A stretch of DNA of 64,000 nt from Balanoglossus misakiensis (lineage: Eukaryota; Animalia; Hemichordata), in assembly GCA_040954595.2 (NCBI GenBank), contig CM082595.2:3705943-3769942 (forward strand). The letters run 5' to 3'. Made by a program: the position numbers and the translations under genes. Under the pieces are notes generated by a model. It worked only from the letters and a program-made list of their open reading frames with translations, was not told where the DNA came from and searched no databases. This document shows positions 11,201 to 25,459 of the stretch, piece after piece; the stretch's first letter is position 1, and the number at the start of each line of letters is the position of its first letter.

Positions 11201-14200
11201 TCATCTGTGGCTTCATCGAAAACCTGCGACCACCTGCGGAAAGCGCCGGGGAAATTTCAGTGGCATCGTTAGCAACGTCCCTTGTCGTTAAGTTCCGTCG
11301 AGGACACCCTCGATGGGGTTATTTGCATCGCGCAACGTCTTCCCTTGGTGATAAAGCGCGCAATTATGTCAAGCGACAAAAACAAACCTTGGGAAACGTG
11401 AGACCAACTCAGTCCATTTTGTGAAAATGCTGCATGCGCGTGGGCTTGTTTTGATTGATCGAAATTCGATGAAGGCCGTTACAGTCTACTTTTGACAGAT
11501 TCACGAACTTTAAATAGATTGTTTAGATCAACGGGAACATATTATAGACAACTTACTACTTTGCTGAGTCGATGAGTTGGTATTCATTGGCCCGATCATA
11601 TGACCGCCGGACACCCTTGTCTTTCCAAAGGGCGCTTGTGTGTTCAAAAAATACCTGGATAAAAATGAAGAAATCGATAATTACTAATCTGCCTATTTGA
11701 TGGGGAAAATGTCAAGAAACAGATTCAACTCTTTCTGACAAAATTCGTTCAGACTTTGATTTTTGACGATATTAACGATTTACGACGGGAAAACACGCTT
11801 CACATTCAGTCATTAAAACTGACACAAATCTTTACCTCTGGAAAATCGTAGTCTGGTCGACTGGAGACGTCTTGAATGTAGTCCAAACGATATTGGTTTT
11901 CTGGGTTTTCAAGCGGTATTGGAGGAGTCAACGTGCTCATCGCTTCGGTAATTGTCTAAAAAGGGAAAGAAATCTCTGTAAAGATGGAGTCTCGATGGAA
12001 TACACGGTTTAGGCCCTTGCGACTGGCGCAAATTATATTTCTCAGTAAAATCGTTATTCAAATATTACATATTTGTTTTTCTCCACGTTTTTCATTCATA
12101 CAACAAGCCTTGGGTACCTTGTTTACTTTGTATACAAAATGTCGATATTTCAAGTATTTTCTTCTTCTCTTTTGTTCCCACCCGATCGACAAGTTGACAG
12201 GCGGTTCACAGTAACAAGTAGACAGACAAGGTCGCGCTAATCAGTGAAACCACTAATGCAGTCTCGTGAGACGAGAATCCAACAAATGGTTTATTTTAAT
12301 GAGGACGTTGCAAGAAGTACATGCAAAAATTGCCTCTGAACAATCAACCATTTCGTTTTGACAGGTTTAATTTTAGCTCGCTGAGGCAATTAATAGTAAA
12401 AATGTGTCTATAAAAGTCCATAAAAGGGAATGGCTGTGGGTAGAAATTTTGACCTGCAAGCACCACCCACACACACGAAGAAATTGTGTGATGTACAATG
12501 TACAACAATACAATTGTTTAAACATTGGTGGAGGAATCCTAGACAAAAGCTTTGTTTCTATCCTGGTTTTTGGTCATCGGTTGCCACAACAAGCTGCCTA
12601 ATTACCCCGGATGCGGTTGCCACGACCACAGACAGTAAAACACACAAACCGGATCTCACCGGAACACCATCGACACCTTTTGTCTAACTTCGGAATGGCG
12701 ATCGACAAAATTAGTAACAGTTCCGGGTTCTACGAACACCCGTAGCAATACCGATTCATGTCCCCTAATTTGTTGTGGATCTAAGTTTGGTTTAGCAGTA
12801 AAATCCACAAATCGACCAACAGAACCAGGAGAAGGGCGAACAATCGAATCTACTTACCAAGATGGCGTCGTGGAGATTTCGCTTGATGGAGTGCGCTTTC
12901 TGCTTCCTCTCTCTGCAAGAAACAATGGATAATCACGTGACTCGGACAGCATTTCTTGAAAGTTACTATAGTACGCCACTCTTTCCTCTCCTTGCAAACA
13001 TTAAAAACACTGTTTTTTTACCAAAACGAGTTCCTAACTAGCAAACATTTAAAATATTGGCTTTATTACAAAAAACAAGTAAGGAAAACATACTCATCGC
13101 TGAAGCCATCTTCGTGTAAAATCTTCATCTGCTTCATGATTGTACTCTTCCCCGATTCGCCAGCACCTGTAACCATGACAACGAGGCGCACCATATTAAA
13201 AAATGACATTACAGTATATGGACAATTATACAGACAGTTATATAAATAGAAGCATCATGATTCGAGTCCACGGACATTGGCTGTGTCCACATATCGACAA
13301 AACAAGCATGGATGTGTGTCATCTTCACACGTTCACTTATGTCAGACGTTTTCTTTGGTCAGGAAGCTGCCGCGCTCTCGAGTCGCCAACGGTCTCCAAC
13401 TGACAAAACACTTGAAGACGGCGTCAAGGAGGTGTGGAAGAAGCATATAACGATATCAACAATTCAAGAGTTGATATACTAAACATTCAGTTCGAAACCG
13501 TCGGTTGTATATGTGTTGTTAAAAAAATATGGAGTGTTTACTGTGACATTGTTTCTTGAGAAAGGGTAGATCGGAAATTTATTTTTCGGATATACGATCC
13601 AAATTCGCATTATTTTCCAACATTTTGCACGAATTGTCATACCAAATTGAAAAACTGGTTACATTAGAAATGTCCGTGTCTAGCAACATGTCATGTTTAC
13701 ACGTACTTTCCTGTCGACAGAATTTGACTAACACCCTGGTATAAAAAAATGGCGAATTCTGAATAGATTCAGTCCAAACACCATCTTTCTTTTCTGTTCT
13801 TTTCTTGCAGACCCTCTCAGCTCTATACTCCCCTCAACTCTCTTCTCCATCGTGGCACGAGAGTATGTGTCACGTGTCACGCCAGCTGTGGAAACGCACT
13901 TGACTTTGAATTATTCTTAAAGATCAAGTCTCTCTCCAATACTGTCATCGTTGCGATGACAAAGAACGTATTATCAATGTTTACAGAGAATGAAATCATG
14001 TCGATTTTTTCAACATCATCCCTTCCAATCAGTGCATGCTGATTGTAATTTATCAGTAGCCTGAAGACAGTCAGATAAAAAGATTTATAACAAGAATTAT
14101 CCATTGCTCTTAATTAAAAGTTACCAATCAAATTGGCCATGGTGGATTTCATGTCAAAAACATTCGAAGTGTAATGATGATGGCGGAAATTGCAGTCATC

Positions 14201-14655
14201 AGGCGCTAAGTTTTTTTTCTAAACTTACAAGGGGCGAGCATGCAAAAACAGACGCTGTTATCTTTTTTCTTGCAGCCTACTTTACGCATTTTCTCAGGTA
14301 GTTGCATTGTATCCTTCCGACTGCAGCCGCGTTACCTTCCCCTCCCTTCAAACAACAATCTAAAACCCTCAACGTTTGCAAATGCGACTGGGAGCTGAGG
14401 ACGCGAACGAACACACTCACCCAAAAGCAGCAACTTCATCCATCGCTTGTGGTAGTTCTGATACTCCTTGCCACTCTTCTTCAAGAACTTGTCGATCTCC
14501 CGGCTGCGCCTGGCCGCTTCTTGGTCGGTTTTCATCCTGGCTTCCTTGTTGCGGATGGACTGTTTCATCATTCCCTGTGAAGGCCTCAGCAAGAGTGGCG
14601 AAGACACGCCCTGCTGGTCTTTAGGCTTGGGAAGAACTGAAAGGCGAGAAAACAT
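8225..14655 (-). CDS. Divergent heterotrimeric G protein alpha subunit, Gs class (GNAS-like paralog); 13 exons
   Basis: Exons 14655-14421, 13166-13094, 12912-12858, 11955-11836, 11654-11557, 10336-10282, 10072-9999, 9825-9767, 9578-9458, 9332-9199, 8850-8761, 8630-8563 and 8377-8225. Motifs [36 protein letters not shown] and TCAVDT. C-terminus [19 protein letters not shown] (Gs type). Start could be 14655 or 14571. Confidence 0.93.
8925..9111. repeat. Compound (CT)/(CTGT) microsatellite, intronic
   Basis: About 190 bp of almost pure C/T with interspersed G. Confidence 0.9.
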
Positions 14656-17600
14656 ATAAGCGAAGAAGAAGAAGTGACCAGCTTTATATAGCCGGGGATG
14701 TTCTCTGTCTTCCTGTTGAAGCGCATGCGTTCTGCACCAATCTCTCCTTGTCTATATGTGGATGACCAAGAATACATTTTTCCGGATTGGCATGTTTTGA
14801 ACAATTCAAAATTGAGCCACGCCCACTGCAGCGCCTGGAGGCATAATGGCGCTCTGTAGGTCGTGTCGCTATGGACACATTAAACTGATCTATTTATAAC
14901 GGTCAGAATTTTCCAATCGCCTTCAATTCACCACATTACCTTATTACATGTACTAGTGTCTCCTTATCACATGGGGACATATTTAACCTTTGACGTAATT
15001 TCTCTCTTATTGGCACGAATATTTGCTTGATTGGGGTGGTATAACAATTTCTTCTATGATCATTAAAATCATCATTTTATCGCGTTGACGTAAACAAGAC
15101 AGTTTTAGAACTCAGATTATGATTCTGTTTCGAAATGGCCGAGGAAATGACAGAGGTCGTTGTGGCGTGGAGTTGTGTCCAGTGGATGGCGTTTGACCCA
15201 CTTTGCGGCCCACAGCAACCGATCTGAGGGTTCTTTTGCTCATAATAGAATATTCAACGTAAGGTGACGTGTAAGTGTATCAGTTTTGGCTGCGTATTTT
15301 CAGGGACTTTACGAAATATATCTGGATCAATTTCTCGGGAAATGTAATAGTTTGGCTAGATTTTTCAATCTGTTGCATTGTCCTCAAAAAGGGGGCTTTC
15401 TACGATTTGTGTGGCGTGTCTAGTGAAGACTTGAGGAGGGGGTCAAAGTTCCCAGTGCCCCAAACGGTGAGGTTAGTCGACCTGGTTGCCATTGTGATGA
15501 AAGGTCGGCGGTTTACTTATGTCAAATACGAAACATCTTTCCATGTCAAAACCATTGTCCGTACGAAAAACCTGGAAGTCGGCATTTCATACAAACGACG
15601 GTGGGACTATTAATAATAATATCGCCCGACAATACAAATTCATCCTTTTTCCCCTCCCCGGTCTCCAATGACGTCATACCTGAATGTCCGTCTTCTCTCA
15701 GTCGCGCGTGTCTATTCATTGTTTTTTCTGGTCTCGATTGATTTTTTCCTAGCCGCTGGCGACAGTACTGGTCTGTCCTTTGAAGAGTATCCATTCAGTT
15801 TCTTTTTACTGAGCTACTATTGTCTTGGGCCAGTCGAAAAGCAGAGAAAGACACCATCTATCGAAGATGAATATTCTTCTATACCCTGTCCGTCTGTCTA
15901 TCTGTCAGTTTCTCTGGCCGTGTCTGTCTCCTTGTCTACCTATCGTTTGTCTGCATACTTATCCCATCTTACAACACCCCGAGTTTTTATGAATGAACAA
16001 AGTCCCGTCTTCCCCAAATAAATGTTTTACACTACCCTTAAATCTAACGAACCGTATAAAATCCTTCTCATTCCACAGAACAGCGGACCAGACAGGCAAG
16101 ACCGAATCAATGGACGCGTGTAAATTTAACAGCACGTCAATATTTGTGAGAGAAACGACAGAGGGGAGCGATAAATATCGCGATAACCGAATCCGTTGGC
16201 CTTCTGGAGGGCCATGACACAGTTGCAGTGCGATCAACGTGTGCTATCAACCAGACATATATAACACATATATGTTTGAAACGCCTTACGGATAATGGTC
16301 CGACTTTTTCGCGTTTGTAGTATATACCGAATTACTCCACTCTTAGCATGGTATAACCTGCACGTGGACCGAAGTCGTCGGCCGCCAACCCGCGAGACGG
16401 TCGACTTAATGCCTGTGTAGTTAGACTGCACTCGTTTCTTCGGTCGAGGCAGAAAACAGACAGAATCGAATACTACGTTTTTTTATGATTCAATACCTGT
16501 CGGTTCGCGGCCACCATCGCCTGCAAAATGGCGTATACCGGCGCACTAGAAGCTACAGACCTACCTTGTGTAGGTTTTAGCGCCGTGTATGACATAACGA
16601 GCTGTCCCCGAAATCCTTAGACCACCTTCGTGCGATGGACGTCTGCAGACGTCATGTTCTCTGGTCCCGGAGTCTGCGATGTGTTGGCCGCGACGCGGAC
16701 GGGTGAAAGGTCGCTTTGGCTGTGTACACGCGAAGTTTGAGCGATAGTGTGGGTCATCCGAGTTGTATTGTACGGACAACAATAACCACAGCCCCGTTTA
16801 CAAGAAACTTGTCGTGTTGAGAACGTGGCGTAATTGCTATACACATACACGCGGACGGTTTAATAGGCTTATTTTATATAATGGTATTGAAATTGTTTTC
16901 CGCGGAAATCCAGTGAAACAAAGAAAGTAACGATGAACCGACTTTATTAGTACTGAAACAATCGACCAGACGCCAATAAAATTCGTCCATATCCCTCCTG
17001 TCGATGAACTGCATGAGCTTGTAAACAAAACTTACCTTAGAAACACAGACGACATTTTGTAGTCTCTTCGCTTCTGTCATGATTTCTCCGTCGGATTTAC
17101 CCCGTCGTTTTGTCCCCCCGAAGAGGTGAACTTCGTGGATTCTGCATGAATTCCCCGCCAACTTATGGAAGGTTCTCGATGCCGGGGCAGGAAATCTTGT
17201 CGGGCGAAATAATTCCTGTAAGAAAGCAAACCACTTTCTCTTGTAAAGAGGTATCGAACCGGTACGAGAAGTGAGCTATTTTTATCCACAGTAACTAAAT
17301 ATAGATCGGCCTTAATTTGCAAGATAAAGGGCCTTGCGCAGCAGTCCTACTTAAATAATCTCCGTCGACTTTTCAATTAATGCTGGAGATATCGATAATT
17401 GACGGCCATTGACGAACGATTAATCAAAAACATAGAAAACAAGGCTATCATGTACACGGGAGATATAACGTACAGAATCAAAGGGTGAATTCAAATGAAT
17501 AGACGTAATTTATTCAATGCGGGGAAACCTTCGCCGTTTTTTTGTACTCGATGTTGTTTTTTAAGCAATCGCCCACATTCTCCTGCAGGTATGCATGACA

Positions 17601-17837
17601 CAAAGACGGCAGTTGTCCCCGCGACTGAATGGTATCGACCCCTCAGGTTATATAGTTCAACGTGTGGGCCAGTGGAGTTATTTTTGGCACGGCCTCTCAC
17701 TAAATCGGCGTTTGTTATATATAGCACGACAGGTTATGCGCTGGTCAAACATTCCAAAACTGCGCTTGACAACGGGGCTGTGTGTACTGGCGATACCTTT
17801 GGCAGCCGCGTGGTATATACCGACAACCATCGTGCAT

Positions 17838-18072
17838 AGATAGATGGGTGGATGGATGGATAGAGGGAGTGAGGGAGGGGAAGGAGGGGGGTCGATGGAG
17901 GATGGGGGAGAGACAGGCGGGCGGTTGTATGGGGACATTCGTGAGTGAGTGGTCGGTCGGTTGGCCGTGGGTGACTTGATGACTGACTAGCTGGATGGAT
18001 GGACCACAGTCCCTCAATCACAGATACATGCATACATTGATTGATTGGTAGATTGATTGATTGATTGATTGA
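17838..18072. repeat. Mixed (GGAT)/(GATT)/purine-rich simple repeats
   Basis: gatggatgga, gagggagggg and gattgattgatt tracts. Confidence 0.75.
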
Positions 18073-19869
18073 TGAACAATGGTATCCGTTAATATGTTGG
18101 CCAACTTGACCGGAACCTTGCACTCAGAAGCTCGTAATGATTGTGTATATAAAAACTAGTCGACCAATCTTTGCAAGGTCGAAGTCCCTAAGGTTTCCTC
18201 ATTAGCGCGACGAGAGATGCCTCTTTGGCAGTGAACTGAACGATGACCCTGGGCAACACATTGAAGAACGGCTATACTTAGCGCATTGTTATCACAGGTA
18301 CATAGTAGTAGCAAATCACTTCGACCTCACTGTTCCAAATTTGATTTGTGCGATACCAGGAGAATTATTGTTGTCGCGAAGTTGCCACTAATCACTGATT
18401 AATCGCCTGATTTTAACCCTGTTCTATTCGTGGCGCGATTTTAGCTAAATATAAATCAGCTGCGAACACCTGACAGGTATATTCCGAGGCTACCTGTACC
18501 CTCCCTCTATTGTGTTACCATGGTGAGTAATCTTATTCGGTGTACGGTACCACCAGGCCACGTATACAGATGGATTCAGGCAAGACTGGATTTACCAAAA
18601 ACTATATTTTGGCCAAAGTTGCCAAGTATACTATCATTAAACAGAGGGGTATACCGAATGAAATGCAAGCATAAAGATTAACTTTTATTATCTCCATGGA
18701 CATGAAAGACTATGTCTCTCTCACTCCCCCCTCTCTCTCCCCACCCACCCCCTCTCTCTCTGTCTGCCTGTCTGCCTCTAGTACAATCTCTCTACATCAC
18801 ACTTCCGAGTGTTTGACTTCGCACGAATGCCCTTACTGTCTCTGCACTACATGTGAAGTCGGGCGTGCATGATGTATAACACATTCTTGTGGTTTCAATC
18901 CTCTCCCCACGGTAGGAGAAAAAAAGTAGGCCACTCTCTGCATTTCGCCCCCATTCATAGAAGCCAAGCTCTGAGAGACTATCGATCTGAAATCTCCCAA
19001 AAGAGTAGCAACGGTTAAGTGGCGGGGCCATCAATCACCACCAGAGAGCCTATAATTAGAAATGTCACCAGACATGTATAGAAAACGCAGGACCAAGGCA
19101 TGTATAGCATTATGATAGTTGGTCTATTTGCTCTCATTCCAGAGTCTAGCTGGTGCACTAAATTTAGACTTATAGGTTACACGATAACTTGTCTAACTTG
19201 TGTCTTGGTTTGAAAATGAATACCTGAAATTCTGTCTTCACAAAATACATGTACATGTACTCAGTTATCTACTGCTGTAAACACTTAAATGGACCACACG
19301 AAACTGTGGAGAAACGAGTGAACGCTTGATGTGGTTTTCGCAAGAAAACTGACAAACCGCGGCAATGTCGTGTAACCAAGGAAACGTGATGGTGGGTTCA
19401 AAGTTCATGCTCTTCGGCGCGCCTCGATTATAAAGCATACATACACTCAGTGACTCAGTGTGTTTCAAAACTCAAATGTTAGATGTGGCGTCAAGGCAAC
19501 ATATCTTTATTCATTATATTTTCTGAACTTTTATTCGCCGTAATACGTAATAAATAAGGATATGAAAATGGGTCGACATTGCGAAGTTTTGAATTTAAAA
19601 AATATCCATCCATCACTTTGTGATTTCGTTTCTTGTGAACGTAGAAAAATTGTCCAGAAATACATGTAGTTGGACAGATGAAAAGAACGGCATACATGAT
19701 CAATATTTTGGTGTGAGGGAACCGCCAACAAAAAATATTAGCATTTCGTCATTTCTTCTGGTATGATGCCAATTTTGATATCTTCAGGCAGTGTTGTGGC
19801 GTGTGGCTTCGTTCCAAGACGTATCTCGTCGATGTCTACGTACGGTATGAGCTAGCCCACACGTATGGT

Positions 19870-19958
19870 CGAGTGCAAAGTACTCGCTCGCATTTCAAGT
19901 ACGAGAGCAATGTGTATCGGTGTACTCGTAGAATAAAAGTACGAGTGTCGAGTACGGG
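19870..19958. mobile_element. Degenerate element built from gtactcg/cgagtac motifs (possible MITE remnant)
   Basis: Several GTACTCG/GTACGAG/CGAGTAC motifs in both orientations within about 90 bp, downstream of the CNBD gene stop. Confidence 0.35.
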
Positions 19959-20015
19959 AACTTCTGGGCCACCTCTCCGGGAGACGAATAGACACGCCCC
20001 GCAGGCGTGCTATCA

Positions 20016-21669
20016 TCACCGTGGCTTCGATCTTGTCATGGTTGGGGGTCGTGGAAGTGAAATGATTTCACATCGACCGGTCTGGGTCGAGGGTGTTTTG
20101 ATAGACGGCGATCTGCTGCCGTCTCCCCCGCCCTCGTCACCGGGTTCCCGACGGGAGTAGTTTCTCTTGTGAAGTAATGATCCTGCGAAAAGTCGGGTAT
20201 TACAATCATTAGTATTCGATAAAAACGGGTACACGTAATTCTTCATTGACAAGAACCGAACAAAACTCTTAAGAAGGAAAGGGGTGTTGAACTTGAGTCA
20301 CTCCGTGTTTGATAGGTCTGTCTGTCTGTCTGTCTCTCAGCTCGTCTGTCTGCCTGCCCGTTTGTCTGCTTTACCCTCTCTCTCCATACATGCTTAGTCG
20401 CCCAGTCGAAAATTTGTATACCTGTATTACACCATATAGATACTTACGATTATTTTTGGCCTGCACTTGTTCGTTTTCAACGACCCTGGATAGGTCTCCA
20501 CGGTTACTGAGCGTCTGTGTTTCCCTGACGTCATCAGCTTTCCGTGGCGTGGAGGCACCAGACCCGAGACCTGAATCCGACATTTCCTTGATAAGGTCAC
20601 CGTTATTCATGTGTTTTTCTAGTGACTGGGGGAAAGACAAAAATTACAGCGTAAATTACCAAGAAACACGCCGGCTCAACAGGTGGTTGATGTGCGCCAC
20701 CAGGCGACTAAACGTTCGATTTCTTATATTTAACTTGAAAAGTGTCGATAATAAGTCTCACCGGTTTGTGCGGGTTGTCAACATCCGGGGATTTTGAAAT
20801 CTCGCATTCTTTGCTGTCTTCAGCAGTTCCGTTCGACTCGTATTCTTTGTCGTCTGTTTCCGCTTCGATGTGAGAATTCTCTTGTCCGCCATTTTGTTTT
20901 TCCTTCAGCTTCTCCAGATACTCGTTCGCAATTCTTTTCCTTTCCTCCGCCCTCTTCCTCAGTTCGCGTCTCACCTTCAGTTGTCGTTTCAGATAATTCA
21001 TGCGAAACCTGACAACGAAGAGGTGTTTCTTCGATTCGATATTTGCTTCATGAATAGGCGTGGTCCATCTTCGAGAGAGAAAAAAGAGATCACACAGCTA
21101 AAATAATTTTCGCTTCTTGAAGTCATGCAGGTTGGCCAATAATAGTGTCTCTACGGCGTATGTAAAGAAAATCGGGGTTTTCTTTTAATTTCTTCCAGAC
21201 TGTGGGTTCTATTTGTTTTCACGTGTTCTGGTTTGAGATTTGGAAGCTTGGTTTGTTATATACATAGGCCTATAATGTGATTTGTGATGATGTGTATTAC
21301 TCACTCGTCCTCTTTGCCTTCTGCCGTTGACTGTGGTCTGGGTGATGACGTGCTCTCTTCCCGATCTCTGTACTTTGTGGAGAGTTGCACGTTGCGTATG
21401 TCTTGTTTGTCTGTCAAGTCTGCCGGGTTGATGCTCCACCCAAGGCGACCTTGAACTTTCATCATGTTCCCGTGGCGGTTCCAGTCGTTGACAAAGTCAC
21501 GTGATTCGACTCTCGATAAGTCAGTGTTAATCTGAAGATAACAACGGAGAATTGAATTAAGAAAAAAAATGGGAGTGAACAAATGGCTTCAGGCCGGCTA
21601 GCTGTTTCGTCTGCCTCTCTCTGTCCATGTATCTGTCTGTCTGTCTCTCTGTATTTCTGTCTCTGTCTT

Positions 21670-21713
<44 letters not shown>

Positions 21714-24700
21714 ACCCTTTATATCACAGTCTTTCCATCCCTCCAACTACAGCATCATTCTGAACTTACTCTTCCGAAGACCATCTTTGCTGTCGGCAAA
21801 AATCCAACGGACGCCTCGGCTGGGTCGCGATCGCCTATAACAAGCAGGCATTCGTCATCAGAATCCTCGTTCCCCGACCTATGTCCCAACGCTGTTTTGC
21901 TGCGGCGGGGGTTGTGTCTTCGTTTATCCGTGCGCGAGTGGTGGACTGCAGTCTTTGGACGAGGTTGGTAACCTTGGAGGAATTCCTCCATTCCTTCCTG
22001 ACGGTAAAGTGATCTGTGAGACGAATGTATAGTTCGGGAGTGTCAATACAGCTTGAATATGCCTAATTACAAAGTCAGTAATAATATTTTGGAAAGTGCT
22101 TATTAAAAATGTATGTCAACATCAACGAATATTAGGAACTACAGTGGATATGCAAGTGAAATTTTCAGCCATTGATTTTTAGTTTATACTCACAGCGACG
22201 TCTGAGGACGCTTTTTAACACAGACGTGTCCATTCCGCATCTGGGAAACCACTTCTTCGCCGGCGGGCTTCTTGGTGATTGTGTTGAGGATCTCATCTCT
22301 CTTGTACTCTTCCCAAACTGAGACGTCATATCCGAAGTTCTTGATGTCCGTGTCGCTGACAGACGGTAGGCGGCGTTCTCGCAACAGCGCCCGCAAAGGT
22401 CCCTTTGCGATGCCGTCGAAATCGAGTCTGCAAGACGACATACATGCATCGACAAATGCTTAAATAATTCGCAAACTCGGTGAGCCGAAAAATTCTTAAT
22501 ATGACAATATAGAAGTTAAAAATGTAACAAATTAAACGATTCAGAAAAACTATCAAAATAACTATCTTACTTGCTGATCCTGAAGCACGTGACTACTCCC
22601 ATGGCAACGATACTGCAGTTGCTAGGTTTCTCATCCAGGACACCGTCTTCACCGAAGTAATGACCTGCATGGACCAAAGATAGGGAACATTAGAGAGATA
22701 TAGTTTCAGTTACAGGGCATGGTAAAATAGTGCTTTCCTTATATCACTTAATGAATCTCTTTATGGCATATTTTGTGAAAATTTCAAGATAATACCCAAT
22801 ATTGCGCATGCTCACCTTCATCGACGATACCCAGCTTAAAGACAACGCATCTATCAACTTCCGGTACATAGAGCTTGCGCAGAACTCTGCAACGACCTGT
22901 AGAGTACAAGTTTACATTAAAAATAAAAGCTTCGTCAAATGTTACTGGCGGTGTTGGATGAAACGAAAATTCAATCCGCGTCCACAGTAGTAAAGAAGCG
23001 CCCACTCACGCCAAACTGATGAGGATGAACATACTCACCGGAAACAACTAGAAACCAAAATTTGGATACTTCGTCTTGTTTAATGATGACTTTTTCCGCT
23101 GGAAATGTCTGCATGAATATAAAAAGGAGTTTTTATTGATACGTACCAAAACAAAAAATTGGGGAAATCAGCATTTTCTACCCACTTTTTAATTTTTGGG
23201 AAATCACACTAACTGGCCACTTAGAGTAAGACGAACTGGAATATTGCAAGAGTTGAGGTCACGCGAAATTCACCACCCGTCAATCAACAAGACATTGCAT
23301 GATACACCACCACACCCTTGTCCTAAACTCACGGCTTGAGTCGGGTGAACGGGCATTGGAGCTCCACTGCACACAGACAAAGATCTCGTTCTCGGCAAAC
23401 GTGATCCAATTTCTTTCAATTATCTTTCTAGGTTAGCGGAAAGTGGCTTAAGCGTTTCACGGCGATTACTGTCACCTCGCTGGCGTGAACGGTGTAAGGT
23501 ATCCAGTATGATAAATTACCTGTCGACTCGAGAGCGGTTTTACATGACTTGGTTTGCGTGCCATTTCTTTGCTTATTGCGATGCAGGGCAAATGTTTTCT
23601 TCCTTAGCAACGGCGCCCGCGAGGATTACTCGGCTGGAAATGGGGACGGAGGCGTGACAGGAATGCGCAAAATTCACGGTTGACGACACAATATGGGATG
23701 CACGTACAGAATTGAAGCATCATGAAAAGGTGCAGACGACATTTCGGATTTTCTTTCTGAATAATTTCGTGATAAATCTTGCCTGTTGAATCACTAGAGC
23801 GACGCTACATAACTCCCTAGCAACAACGAGTCAAGAATATCGATTCGTGTTTTGTAAAGGTAACGATGAAATTTTAAAATGTGGCTGCTTATTCCAGGCA
23901 CGTCACGTGACCACGAGCAATGATGTCAGACTCTGCACTCTCCGCAGCGCGATAGATATCATCTATCCTCCCGCAGGGACGCTCATAAATTTTAATTCCA
24001 TCAACCGAGTAATTCTCTTTTTGTGACAAGGCATATTAGTTATTCATGTATTATCCATTTATTGTTATTTTTGTTGCATTTCACTGATTATGTCCTTCGG
24101 GGAGAAAAGCTTGCTGCCCGCGCTGAGAGACTGTTCATCGTTATTGTGCTTCGACTGACGAACAAACCGCGTTATCTTATCAGCCATGACATATTATTTG
24201 ATCTATCGCCCAGATTCACCCCGCGTCAGAACCGATACCTGCACGGAAGCAGAGATAAACGGAACGGGTTTTATTAATAACAATATGGTCAATAAAAATT
24301 AATTCCATATTATTGACGGAAGTAGTAATTATGTTTGACTAATAAAAATACCCACACAAGCTCAACAAATATATCATTTGAACATGGCGAACAGTAGAAA
24401 TACCGTCAGCAGACGATAAATTTGTTTCTAAATTTTAAACTACACAAATCGATACACGGTCTTCACGTTAATGAAAGATGGCGGCGATGTTACGTCACGC
24501 CTGACTTATCCCGCTAATTACGCTAATGGCAGATTGTCATATTTCGCCTAATTAGTATCTCTGTATTGTTAATGAAAATGGCTTCCGAACGACCGTTTCT
24601 TGGCAAATATTTGAATCCTCTTCCGACTCAAATTTGTTTTAAGATGTCTGCCCGCCCTGTCGACGAGAGATGAAGGGCACTGATTGACGGGAGGAACTTC

Positions 24701-25401
24701 AAATTTACCCAGGATGCTGCTGTATTCAACAAACATCCTATTTCTTGCATAAAACGACACACAGTACCCCCCCCCCCCTCTCTCTCTCTTCCCCCCTCTC
24801 TCTCATATTTTATTAGCATGAGCATGCGGTCGATACGGATTGCGTGACGTTTCTATGTATCGCATTGCGGATTCAGTACACTGAATGATGTTTGGTCGCC
24901 AAGCTGACTACCGTTTCTATGGTAACCATGCTCATCCCGCGGAGAACAGATCGTCATAGAGAATCATCAATAGCAAGCGATCGTACTGGCAAGCCGTGAT
25001 GCTTTTTATCGATTCCCACGTAAAATAGTGCCATGAAATGGTCGACATATCTCTGTTTTTACCAAGACATTAGATTGCACGAATCTGAGTATCGAGGTCG
25101 TTTGTATTTGAGCAGGGCAAGTTCGTGTGCGATTCTCGCAAATGAAAAGAAACCGGCGGTCGATAATATCCAGCTTGAGTCCATTTCCTCTCTCGCTGAA
25201 AACGATTTTTGCATTCACGGCCTGCGGTTAGAGAGCAGCTCTAATTATTTCTGCTGATGTCGATGATTGCTTTTAACCGACGCGTGTGTGCTTTGGGTGT
25301 TCGAATTGCATTGGCGCCGAGCTGGTTTGCACGCCAACACTAACATATGCTATATCCTTAATGATGAAGAAATATTCCCCCAAAATAATTACAAGGGTTC
25401 A

Positions 25402-25459
<58 letters not shown>

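Noticed and set aside
23520-23633. Candidate CNBD exon with good AG/GT ends
   Set aside because: Stops in all three frames; the flanking exons join in frame without it.
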